From positions 171,244,001-171,308,000 of the forward strand of contig OX597817.1 in assembly GCA_951406725.2 (NCBI GenBank): a stretch of 64,000 nucleotides of DNA, given 5' to 3'. The notes below the pieces were generated by a model. That model saw only the letters and a list, made by a program, of their open reading frames with translations. It was not told where the DNA came from and made no database searches. Shown piece by piece: positions 54,973 to 64,000 of the stretch (positions within the stretch are counted from its first letter, which is position 1; each line of letters starts with the position of its first letter). The stretch comes from Octopus vulgaris. Its lineage: Eukaryota. Position numbers and translations under genes: made by a program.

Positions 54973-55072
54973 TTGGGGAAATTTCAAACTTGGGTTTTCA
55001 TTCCTAAGCTATTTTTTGATGTTGTTGTTGTTGTTATTATTATTATTATTATCATTATTATTATTATTATTA

Positions 55073-55125
<53 letters not shown>

Positions 55126-55200
55126 TCACTGCCTGGAATCGAACTCAGAATCTTGGGGTTAGTAGCCCACGCTCTTAACCACTATGCTAGTGCCATGAAC

Positions 55201-55246
<46 letters not shown>

Positions 55247-55293
55247 TCGAAAAATACCTTAGGAATGAGAACCCAGGATCAAAATTTCCCTAA

Positions 55294-55339
55294 GACACCT
55301 GATGAAGGCTGGAAAGTATATCAGCCGAAACGTTGTGCT
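55294..55339 (+). ncRNA. Minimal type I hammerhead motif, Penelope-like type
   Basis: GACAC CTGATGA a GGCTG-gaaagtatat-CAGCC GAAACGTT GTGCT. Confidence 0.75.
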
Positions 55340-55622
55340 AACAACAAACAAGATGAGGACAAATATCCGTCAAATGTAAACAATGTAAATAATGTACATA
55401 ATTCTTCATCTCTTAAATATAGAACTGTAGTTTGGGTTAAATGAATATATTTTTGAGACTGTTTTATATCTGGATGCCCAACCTGTCATTAATCTTAACC
55501 AGTTTATTGAATGAGATATCTCTGAGGTAAATAGAAGACAACTTTCTCTGTCAAAATAAATGTGATGATTACACACTACACACCTTTCTTCCAAGCACTA
55601 CTGTAAACGGTGGAAGTGAATT

Positions 55623-56070
55623 CATCATCATCATCATCATCGTTTAGCGTCCGTTCTCCATGCTAGCATGGGTTGGACGGTTCGACCGGGGTTCTGGGAA
55701 GCCAGGAGGCTGCACCAGGCTCCAGTCTTATCTGGCAGTGTTTCTACAGCTGGATGCCCTTCCTAATGCCAACCACTCCGTGGGTGCTTTTTACGTGCCA
55801 CCCGCACAGGTGCCAGGCGAGGCTGGCAACGGCCACGGTCGGATTGGTGCATTTAACGTGCCACCTGCACTGGTGCCAGGCGAGGCTGGCAACGGCCACG
55901 GTCGGATTGGTGCATTTTACGTGCCACCTGCACTGGTGCCAGGCGAGGCTGGCAACGGCCACGGTCGGATTGGTGCATTTTACGTGCCACCTGCACTGGT
56001 GCCAGGCGAGGCTGGCAACGGCCACGGTCGGATTGGTGCATTTTACGTGCCACCGGCACGGAAGCCAGTC
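55623..56070 (-). mobile_element. Family A RTE tail with four near-identical 63-bp tandem units
   Basis: Unit ggtgcattttacgtgccacctgcactggtgccaggcgaggctggcaacggccacggtcggatt; 21-aa period in the ORF track. Confidence 0.9.
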
Positions 56071-56566
56071 GTGCACATACACAGCTGAGTTCAAGGTCAA
56101 CCTGTGCCAAGCAGCATCCGACTGTGTGCTTTAGCTTCATTACTATGGCAACAGTCTGGATACTTTTTGATCAGACCTTGTATATGGATGTGTGTGTGTG
56201 TGTGTGTGTGTGTATTTGTGTGAGCATGTGTGTTTGTGAATGTGCATGACTGTTAACATTCCTCATTTGTCCCTACTTGAGTGAAACGGTGATTATGTTG
56301 ATATTACGACTAGTTATTCTGTGTTTCCCGAAACATCTGAAATAAAACTCCCTTGCTTAAAAAATAGGTAATTGTTGGTAATAAGAAGAGTATGAAACCC
56401 AAATACCCTGCCTCAGTCAGCACCCCATCTAACCCATGCTAACATGAAAAAGCAGACAAAGAAAAAAAATATGCTATATGTATTTGTGTGTTGGGAGTGG
56501 GGTAGCTGGTAACCAGGGTAGTGGTGTTTCTTAGTCCAGACTCAACCTTGGCAATGCAGACATGTG

Positions 56567-56904
56567 AAGAACCCCTTTGGTCATGAATGACCATGGGATT
56601 GCACCTAGAAAGTTCCCCTCCAAGGCACAAGTCCAGGTAAGGTTGTCTTTTACGGAAGACCAGCAGTCGCCCATGCATACCAGCCTCCTCTCTCCACGCC
56701 ACCGATGTTATCCAGGGGAAAGGCAAAGGCTGATCAATACAGCTTGGCACCAGTGACGTCGCAACTCATTTCTACACTTGAGTGAATTGGAGCAACGTGA
56801 AATAAAGTGTCTTGCTCAAGAACACAACGTGCAGCCCAGTCTGGGAATCGAACTCACTACCTCATAATTGTGAGCCCAATGCTCTAAACACTGAGCCATG
56901 TGCC
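56567..56904 (-). mobile_element. Family C SINE
   Basis: Colinear with 46291-46626. Confidence 0.88.
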
Positions 56905-57289
56905 TGCAGGCAGAAAAACCAGCATATTTCAACCATAACCATACCCCTCCTTCTCTCAGACACTGCACATCTAGGACTACATCTAGCCATCAAGACAATA
57001 AAATGAACTTTGAAAAGATTTAGTAACTATTTCTAGCAGGGTAAGTGACTTTTAGAGATTACGTTGTTTACTCAAGGCATCTTAGTGCTGCTTGTGTGAG
57101 TGTCTTGTATTAGTATTCTGTGAGCATGGACATAAAATTCTAGTAAATAGCACCAAAGTTACTATTACTTCTTGGTACTTGTAATATTGATTTCCTAATT
57201 AGCCATAACTTCAAACAAAAAGAGATGGAAAAAGAAATGAAAGAAAAAGAAGGATTTCATTAACCAACCTTGTTTGGTAAAAATCTTCC

Positions 57290-58534
57290 TCACACATCAA
57301 TATAAGAAGTTAAGTACTCAATAAGCCGACTTGGGAGAGGTAAATGTTTGACATCCTTTAATGAAACTAAATGGAGAATCCTTCGGCGACATAAATATTG
57401 TAAGTTGAGGTGAACGATAGGCAGTTTATATGTGAAGACCTGCCGTTTGTAAGGTAAGTTTTTCATAACAGCAATGCAAGCTTCACTGGGTGAGAAACGG
57501 GGAAATACTTGTAGGTTAACTACATCTGAAAATGGCCAGTAACAACCTTTTACATCGATAGTCATCAGCAATTCGAGCTTGTGATAGTCTATTACTCCAA
57601 CAACATTCACTTTGTATTCTTTTGTATGGACAGGATGGACACAGCGTACAGCAAGGAAATCTCCTGACTGACTGGAGCGAATTTGTTGAATACCTGCTCG
57701 TAATAAAAGTCCCTCGACAGATTTTACAATTTCTCCAGATTCAATATGTTGTACCTGGATACACCGGCACCAGCTCACAACAATGCAATTGTCCCCAGCC
57801 TGGGCATTAAAAGTAAGTACCTTGGCACGAAGTGATGGTGACACAGTACTTATAGTAACGTCATTTGAAGGGTGAACTCTCATTTTGCGTAGAAAATAAT
57901 TGTCTGGCATTACAAGAACACGAGTGGTATGGTCTGGTCGCAACAGAATCCTTTTCTTTTTTGGCGATATGTAGCATTCATACCAGCGCCGAAGATAGTA
58001 AGCAATGCTGAAATCAGCTAGCGCCAACTGATGGGTTAAATCCAATACATAGAATACAGCCATGAGATCTTCTCGGGATGGGTTCAGTTGAAGTACAGCT
58101 AAGTTGTCATGGTAACTAATAATACAAGCCTCTTTGAACATGACAGGCAAAGAATCCCAGCAGCGGACTGGCATAGTGGTTGTAGCAGTGGTAAATGGAT
58201 TCAGCCCATTGATAACTACAGAGTTTGTACAAGAGGCAGTTTTGTTGGAGACTACAGCTTCAAACATTGAAGGTAACTTCACACTGAAATGCTGACCATC
58301 TGTGTTATCAGGTTTAACAAGAATACCATTCCGTCGATGTGGATCTCTGGAACTGCTGAAGTTAGTCTTGTCAGTGAAGCCACTAACATTTTTAACACCC
58401 TGTAGCCATTTGGTATAAGAGCAGGACCACACCAGCTCTCCACTGTTTGTTTTGAACAAATGTTCAAACGAATCCCGATTGCTAAGTTGGCTAACTTTCA
58501 GGGAGGGATTGTGATGGCTGTAACAACTTCCCAT
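57290..58534 (-). CDS. SOCS-box protein, 414 aa, single coding exon; predicted N-myristoylation and divergent beta-propeller-like middle
   Basis: Long non-repetitive ORF; gccATGG Kozak; in-frame upstream TGA at 58588-58586; acceptor ttttgcag| with exon starting at 58593; MGSCYS N-terminus; C-terminal LNLQYLCRRRI...VKHLPLPSRLIEYL (BC box plus LPLP Cul5 box). Confidence 0.92.
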   Translation of the reverse strand: MGSCYSHHNPSLKVSQLSNRDSFEHLFKTNSGELVWSCSYTKWLQGVKNVSGFTDKTNFSSSRDPHRRNGILVKPDNTDGQHFSVKLPSMFEAVVSNKTASCTNSVVINGLNPFTTATTTMPVRCWDSLPVMFKEACIISYHDNLAVLQLNPSREDLMAVFYVLDLTHQLALADFSIAYYLRRWYECYISPKKKRILLRPDHTTRVLVMPDNYFLRKMRVHPSNDVTISTVSPSLRAKVLTFNAQAGDNCIVVSWCRCIQVQHIESGEIVKSVEGLLLRAGIQQIRSSQSGDFLAVRCVHPVHTKEYKVNVVGVIDYHKLELLMTIDVKGCYWPFSDVVNLQVFPRFSPSEACIAVMKNLPYKRQVFTYKLPIVHLNLQYLCRRRILHLVSLKDVKHLPLPSRLIEYLTSYIDV

Positions 58535-58936
58535 GGCAGTGTTTTGAAGGCAGGAACGGTAAGGTAACAAATTACCTTTTATTTGTCAGAAACCTGCAAA
58601 ATATACAAAAAAATAAACGTGAAAATAATAAAGGTAGTGGTTCATCATCTTTGGTCTACATTATTTATGGAAGAGAAGACAAGTCAATAATATTTTTCTT
58701 CTCTTTGATAGTTTACAAATGCTTGCAGGAAAAAAATGGTGAGAAAAGTATATTAAAATATGAATACAATGACAATTTCTTTTCGAATGCAGAGATGCTG
58801 TTAGAGCAGCAGAAACATTGGGTAAATTACCCTTACAAAGCAGAGAAATTAGTCAACAAACAGCTATGGGACTCAAACCCATATCTCTCGATATGACTCC
58901 GGTTAAGTGTGTAGTGATGCTACTGTGTAGGGTTCA

Positions 58937-59003
58937 GCGCGCATGCGCAGAATGGAACTACTTCCGGGTGGCCACCGGAAGTCTTCCCCATGCGCATGTG
59001 CGG
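58937..59003. promoter_or_regulatory. Promoter-like cluster: NRF1-type and paired inverted ETS/GABP-type sites in a CpG-rich patch
   Basis: gcgcatgcgc near 58939, acttccgg-gtggcca-ccggaagt at 58960-58982, tgcgcatgtgc near 58991; CpGs visibly enriched at 58880-59310. Confidence 0.7.
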
Positions 59004-59400
59004 GAAACGTTCCCTTAGGCCCGCCAAACTCAAATCCTCCTCTCTGGCAAGTCAGCCAACGCGATCGGACGTACATTTCGCAGGCTCTGATAACCTCACC
59101 GACTTAGCCGCCAACGACCATCGAACCTCTTCAACAAAACGAACAAGAAGCTGTACATCAGAGGCTGTCCTTCTCCCATCAGACACACGTACACCATCGC
59201 AATAAATAAACGAACTGCTGTCTTTTACCTACAACCTGACTTCGTCTGTATTGTCTTACAAAAATTGTATGTGACTGGATCGGATCGACACCCTTTCAGT
59301 GAATCGATAACAGATCCTGTTACAAGTGCTTTACAATTAAGCTAAATTACCTACTAACAAATTAATTCACTTTTTAGACACTTAAAGCTAGATATGAAAC

Positions 59401-59686
59401 CACATGTATATAAATATAAACAAACTAACATTTGTTTTTTATAAGTGCCAAAATGTGTCTATTAAGATACAAATAAGACGATAATCTATTTTTCATGTGC
59501 AGAGATACCATTAGTACTGCAGGAACATTGGGTCAATTACCCTTACCGCAATTTACCCAATGTTTCTACTGTTCTAACAGCATCTCTGCATTCAAAAATA
59601 AATTATCCTTTTATTTGTATTTTAACATATGCATATTGGCGCTTATAAAAAACAAATGTTAGTCTATTTATATTTGCATACATGTG
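59401..59686. mobile_element. 286-bp imperfect palindrome (MITE-like); half copy at about 58750-58836
   Basis: cacatgtatataaatataaacaaactaacatttgttttttataagtgccaa ... ttggcgcttataaaaaacaaatgttagtctatttatatttgcatacatgtg. Confidence 0.85.
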
Positions 59687-59860
59687 CGAGAAAAGTAATT
59701 CATATAAAAATAACAGGAACCATATTCCTGATATAGGTAGTTGTCATCATAACTAGTAAAAAGGATGGGAGAGAGGAATACTCAACCACTTTTTTTTTCT
59801 TTTAACACATCCTGTTTGCATATTAGCCTGCATATTGAGAGTGTACTGAAGTTTCTATCT

Positions 59861-59892
<32 letters not shown>

Positions 59893-60519
59893 GTTCCAAA
59901 AGGTTATGTGCACTTCCCTTCCTCCTCTAGCTGAACTACATAAAAATATAAAAATATTTTTTAAAAAATTAAAAACAATAACTTCATCTTTGTGTAATCT
60001 GTCAGTGATAATCTGGTCTTGTAAAACACTTTTACCACCACACCACCACGCCACCACTATCCCTACAATTGCTACTGCTGTTGTTGCCAAGGCCGCCAAC
60101 AGCACCACCACCACCACTACTTTACATCTATTTTCTATGTAGGCATGGATTGGATGGACTGTTTACAATCTGAGTCAATTCTTATCCTGGGTTACTACTT
60201 TTGTAGAGGACCACATCTCACTTGGACATTCTACCACCAATAAGAAATCCTGGGAATGAAGAGTAAATGAAATGAACAAATGATGCATCTGGGAATTGAA
60301 CTCATGTCAGAAACAACATGCTAAGAGCTTTACAACCATTTCTTGGCAATAACACATAGAGAGTGAAAGAGGAAACAAAAGAGCAGCAAGGAAAAAATTT
60401 CATGTCTGTGTTGTTGCTGAATCAACATCTTCCATTCCATTGTGTTTACCAAAATACATTCACAAATTAATTTGTGCTTATCCTTACCTATGGCCATGAA
60501 TGTTGGGTAATGACCAAAA

Positions 60520-60787
60520 GAGTACAATCATGAATACCAGCAGCAAAATTGGGGCTCTGTACAAAGGATCTCTAGAGTGGACATTACTGGACATAGTACA
60601 TAATTCAGAGATCAGGAAGTCTCTCCAGGTCAAATTACTCTTTCTCTGCATTGAGAGATTACAGGTCTTGTACAGTGGACATGTGATTAGAATGTCACAG
60701 GTAAGAATTGCTAAACAGATTCTTCAAGTCAAGCCAACCATTAGGAGACCTAGAGGTAGACTAAGAATGAGATGGTTGGGTAATATC
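60520..60787 (+). mobile_element. Degenerate RTE LINE C-terminal fragment
   Basis: NSEIRKSLQV...IERLQV..SGHVIRMSQ.RIAKQIL...RRPRGRLRMRW. Confidence 0.85.
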
Positions 60788-61146
60788 CATCATCATCATC
60801 ATCATCATCATCATTTAGCGTCCGTTTTCCATGCTAGCATGGGTTGGACGGTTCGACCGGGGATCTGGGAAGCCAGAAGGTTGCACCAGGCTCCGGTCTT
60901 ATCTGGCAATGTTTCTACAGCTGGATGCCCTTCCTAACGCCAACCACTCCGTGAGTGTAGTGGGTGCTTTTTACGTGCCACCTGCACTGGAGCCAGGCAA
61001 GGCTGGCATCGGCCACGGTCAGATTGGTGCATTTTACGTGCCACCTGCACGGAAGCCAGTCGAGGCGGCACTGGCTTCGGCCATGATTCGGATGGTGCTT
61101 TTTATGTGCCACCGACACGGAAGCCAGTCGAGGCGGCGCTGGCATC
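60788..61146 (-). mobile_element. Family A RTE tail, young; close to 4725-5137
   Basis: Near-identical translations in the ORF track (MLAWVGRFDRGSGKP...). Confidence 0.88.
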
Positions 61147-61604
61147 CCAAAAAGTGCAATGATGGTTGCTTCTGCTGGGACCCTATGGAGAAGATGCCTG
61201 CAGACTCTACTCACATGAACCTCCCAGAAATAGTGGTTGGAGAAAATGGCTGGATGAATGGATGGATGGATGGAAATAAATTTTCTAGGTAGAACATTTT
61301 GAAACCATCCACTTGCTTAAATCTGTGTTTTTCATCTTTTTCCTTAATGGTTTGATTGGAGGATGAAGAACAGGGTCCATGAACATTTTCAGGGCATCAG
61401 GGAGGGATTTATATTCAGACCTGAGACCTGGTTCAAATGCTGTACAGTGTGGTCAAACACCAAATAATAAGGGTGCAAAGCAAACCTCATAACCACACAA
61501 CCATATTAATGTATGAACAAAAATGAGTCAGGAAAAAAGGGTTAAAAAGAAGAGTTAAGAATTAGAAATAAAAATGGAACAAAAAATAATTTTTTTTTTT
61601 TTAC

Positions 61605-61696
61605 CTGTCATTAGAAAATACCACAGTGATGAAAGGAACAGGCCATAGTGTCATTTGAGATCTCCAATGAGGGAACACATCTTATATGGTCTATGT
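61605..61696 (-). other. Candidate 92-nt 5' UTR exon of the SOCS-box gene
   Basis: Minus strand atttttcag|acatagacc...aatgacag|gtaaaa in unique sequence upstream of the 58593 acceptor. Confidence 0.5.
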
Positions 61697-62380
61697 CTGA
61701 AAAATAGATTTAAATAAATGAATATATAAATATATAAATAACAGATATTTGTTTGATTAGTTCTAGACTATTTTATTTATTTTTGTATGTTTAACATACA
61801 GTGTTTCAATAGATAGATAGCTAGCTAGCTCTCTCTCTCTCTCTCTCTCTCCAGAGATTTAGGGAGATCTCTCTCTCACCAACATTCTCCAACCAATGGA
61901 CTTCAGAAGTGCTGTCTCTGTATTCTGTCCTTTTGATTGCAACAACAATGGCCCCTGCTCCTTAGAACTAGTTAGCTAGCAATATACCACATTATATCTT
62001 ACTGAAAGGAGAGGCATTTAGTAATGAGCAGACTTTATAAGCAACACAGCAATTTGTCAAACTGAGTGCAGGCACTTTCCTAATAAGAACAAGTAATAAT
62101 GAACTTATTGCATTCAGTGCTCAGAAAAAGTAACCAAAAGTGTACGAACAGTACAAAGAATAATGCACAGGAAATGAACAGTGAATGAGCCATTTAAAAA
62201 GAAGTGGTGGTGGAGGGACATCAGGTGTTCTGTTGATGAATTTCAGGAAGCATGGATGTTTTGAAGGATGTTGCATCCCGACATCTAACAACTGATGCGG
62301 GTAGTTTATTCCATGCTCCATCAATTCGGAGCTTTTCATAACAGCATATGTTTTGAAGAGCCCATTGTTTGTTGTTTTGT

Positions 62381-62687
62381 TGTTGTTTGTTCCTTCTCGA
62401 GCCATGTCTGGCTCATAAGGAGCTGCTTTCTTGGTTTCATTGGCATATAGGTTCCCCACCTGGATGGGACGCCGGTCTATCGCAGGTGAGCTGCTAGATA
62501 CAGGAGGAAAGAGAAAAAGAAAGTTGTGGAAAAAGGGTCAGTAGAGGTTCGCCATTGCCTTCAGCCTGAGCCACGTGGAGCTTAAGTGTTTCGCTCATAA
62601 GCACACACATCGCCCAGTCTGAGATTTGAACCTGCAATCCCTCAACCACAAGGCTGCTGCCCTAACCACTAGGCAATGTGTCTCCTC
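62381..62687 (-). mobile_element. tRNA-derived SINE with a family G-like head and body but a different tail
   Basis: gcctagtggttagggcagc...gagcgaaacac...ccacaactttct, then cctgcgatagaccggcgtcccatccagg...ggctcgagaaggaac(aac)n. Confidence 0.82.
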
Positions 62688-63358
62688 CCATTGTTTGGGT
62701 TAGATCATTTTTTAGTATAATTTTTGACTTCCAGTGCAGTAGTAGTAAAGAAGGTTCAATCCAAAACATTGATAGATCAAATTCATATCAGTCTGACTTA
62801 CCAGACATATTCAAGCTCATCTGACATAGCTACCTCCCCGCATCACCTAGTTTATGTCTCCCCCTCACTAGATCTGACAATAACAAGTAACACCCAATCC
62901 TAACTCCCCCCAGAATGTTATACCCTCTGGAATTCTCTTCACAATGTATGTTGATTCACAGCTGTTCAACTTGAATTGCAATAGTATGAATGTAATCCAC
63001 CCTGGTGGGCCTGACTAACACCATCCATCCATACACACACAAGAATATAACTGGGGTAAAATCTAAGACAAAAATCTTAAAATCTGTTGATACAAATTTA
63101 TATGCCTTGGCCTAATACAAACAAAAATAGTACAAAAAGAAAAATCAATAAAAAAAAACTGCAGATATTGAAAGACAAATAGATAAATTGTTACTTGGTT
63201 GACTATTTGGTGATTATTACACACTCACACTTTTTTTGGGGGAAAAAAAAATCAATTACCATTTTTGTAATGACTATTCTATGCATATTGGAAATATATT
63301 GTGAGTTATGAAAACTTGGAACAAAATTGTAAAACCAATTGAGACTAGAAATTCTTTT

Positions 63359-63431
63359 GTGTGTGTGTGTGTGTGTGCACGCATGTGTGTATGTGTGTGT
63401 TAGTGTGTGTGTTAGTTAGTGTGTGTGTTAG

Positions 63432-63463
<32 letters not shown>

Positions 63464-63706
63464 CACGCATGTGTGTATGTGTGTGTTAGTGTGTGTGTGT
63501 GTTAGTGTGTGTGTGTTAGTTAGTGTGTGTGTGTGTGTGTGTGTAGTGTGTGTGTGTTAGTTAGTGTGTGTGTGTGTGTGTGTGCACGCATGTGTGTATG
63601 TGTGTGTTAGTGTGTGTGTTAGTTAGTGTGTGTGTGTGTGTGTGTGCACGCATGTGTGTATGTGTGTGTTAGTGTGTGTGTGTTAGTTAGTGTGTGTGTG
63701 TGTGTG
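63359..63706. repeat. (GT)n/(GTTA) microsatellite with four higher-order units
   Basis: gtgcacgcatgtgtgtatgtgtgtgttag occurs four times. Confidence 0.93.
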
Positions 63707-63960
63707 ATCGTTATCATCTTTACCATTTAATGTCTATTTTCTATGCTGGCATAGGCTGAATGGTTTGACAGGAGATGGCAAGCCAGAGGACTGCACCAGG
63801 CTCCCATGTCTGCTTTCGCATGGTCTCCATGGCTGAATGTCCTTTCTGGTGCCAACCACTTTACAGAGTGTAGCAGGTGCTTTTAGCATGACACCAGCAG
63901 CACTAGTGAAGACACCTAGAAACTTGCAAGGCAAGACTCCTCAACTGAGCAGGGAGTGGT
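63707..63960 (-). mobile_element. Diverged family A tail
   Basis: ctatgctggcatagg...ggtttgacagg...gccaaccactttacagagtg. Confidence 0.65.
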
Positions 63961-64000
63961 AGGGTGGAGGGAGGTAGTTTTGTGCCAGGTGAGATGAGAG

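Larger units (their letters stand above)
54873..55429 (-). mobile_element. tRNA-headed, hammerhead-tailed element: minus-strand tRNA head, (TAA)n and tail, plus an inverted tail copy with a 36-nt extension
   Basis: tRNA-like head at 55124-55194 (TAGCATAGTGG, GAGTTCGATTCC); 54873-55023 is the reverse complement of about 55243-55393. Confidence 0.82.

Noticed and set aside
55124-55194. Functional tRNA gene (also the heads of SINE families B, C and G)
   Set aside because: Acceptor and anticodon stems are imperfect and each head runs into a repeat body
55785-56070. 63-bp tandem units with internal palindromes as a CRISPR array
   Set aside because: Units are contiguous with no unique spacers, no cas genes, eukaryotic context; part of a LINE 3' UTR
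58535-58570. ORF-track start (426 aa, MLPYRSC...)
   Set aside because: It starts at TTG; the first ATG at 58534 has a strong Kozak context and exposes the MGxxxS motif
63359-63706. Telomeric repeat
   Set aside because: GTTAG occurs within (GT)n; there is no TTAGGG array

Overview
AT-rich, microsatellite-dense eukaryotic DNA, most likely an Octopus genome (inferred from the repeat landscape, not proven). Most of the window is transposon debris: tRNA-headed SINE families, RTE, CR1/L2 and R4/Dong LINE fragments, three decayed Tc1/mariner elements (DD34D, DD34E, DD37D), Helitron and piggyBac-type non-autonomous elements, and simple repeats. Nearly all ORFs in the supplied track are artefacts of these. 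The one convincing gene is a minus-strand 414-aa ORF at 57290-58534 with an N-terminal myristoylation/palmitoylation motif and a C-terminal SOCS box; a CpG-rich NRF1/ETS promoter-like cluster lies nearby. The most interesting signal is a set of small ribozyme-bearing retroelements. At 33741-34275 a 361-nt hammerhead-containing monomer has an inverted partner arm that reads through the monomer's end-to-start junction, implying a circular or tandem RNA template (retrozyme-like). At 54873-55429 a tRNA-headed element carries a Penelope-type minimal hammerhead on both arms, with a second copy at 40698-40937. A dispersed decayed repeat has an HDV-ribozyme-like 5' end. All alignments and folds were done by eye; repeat boundaries are approximate unless TIRs or TSDs are quoted. 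Family letters A-H are my own labels.
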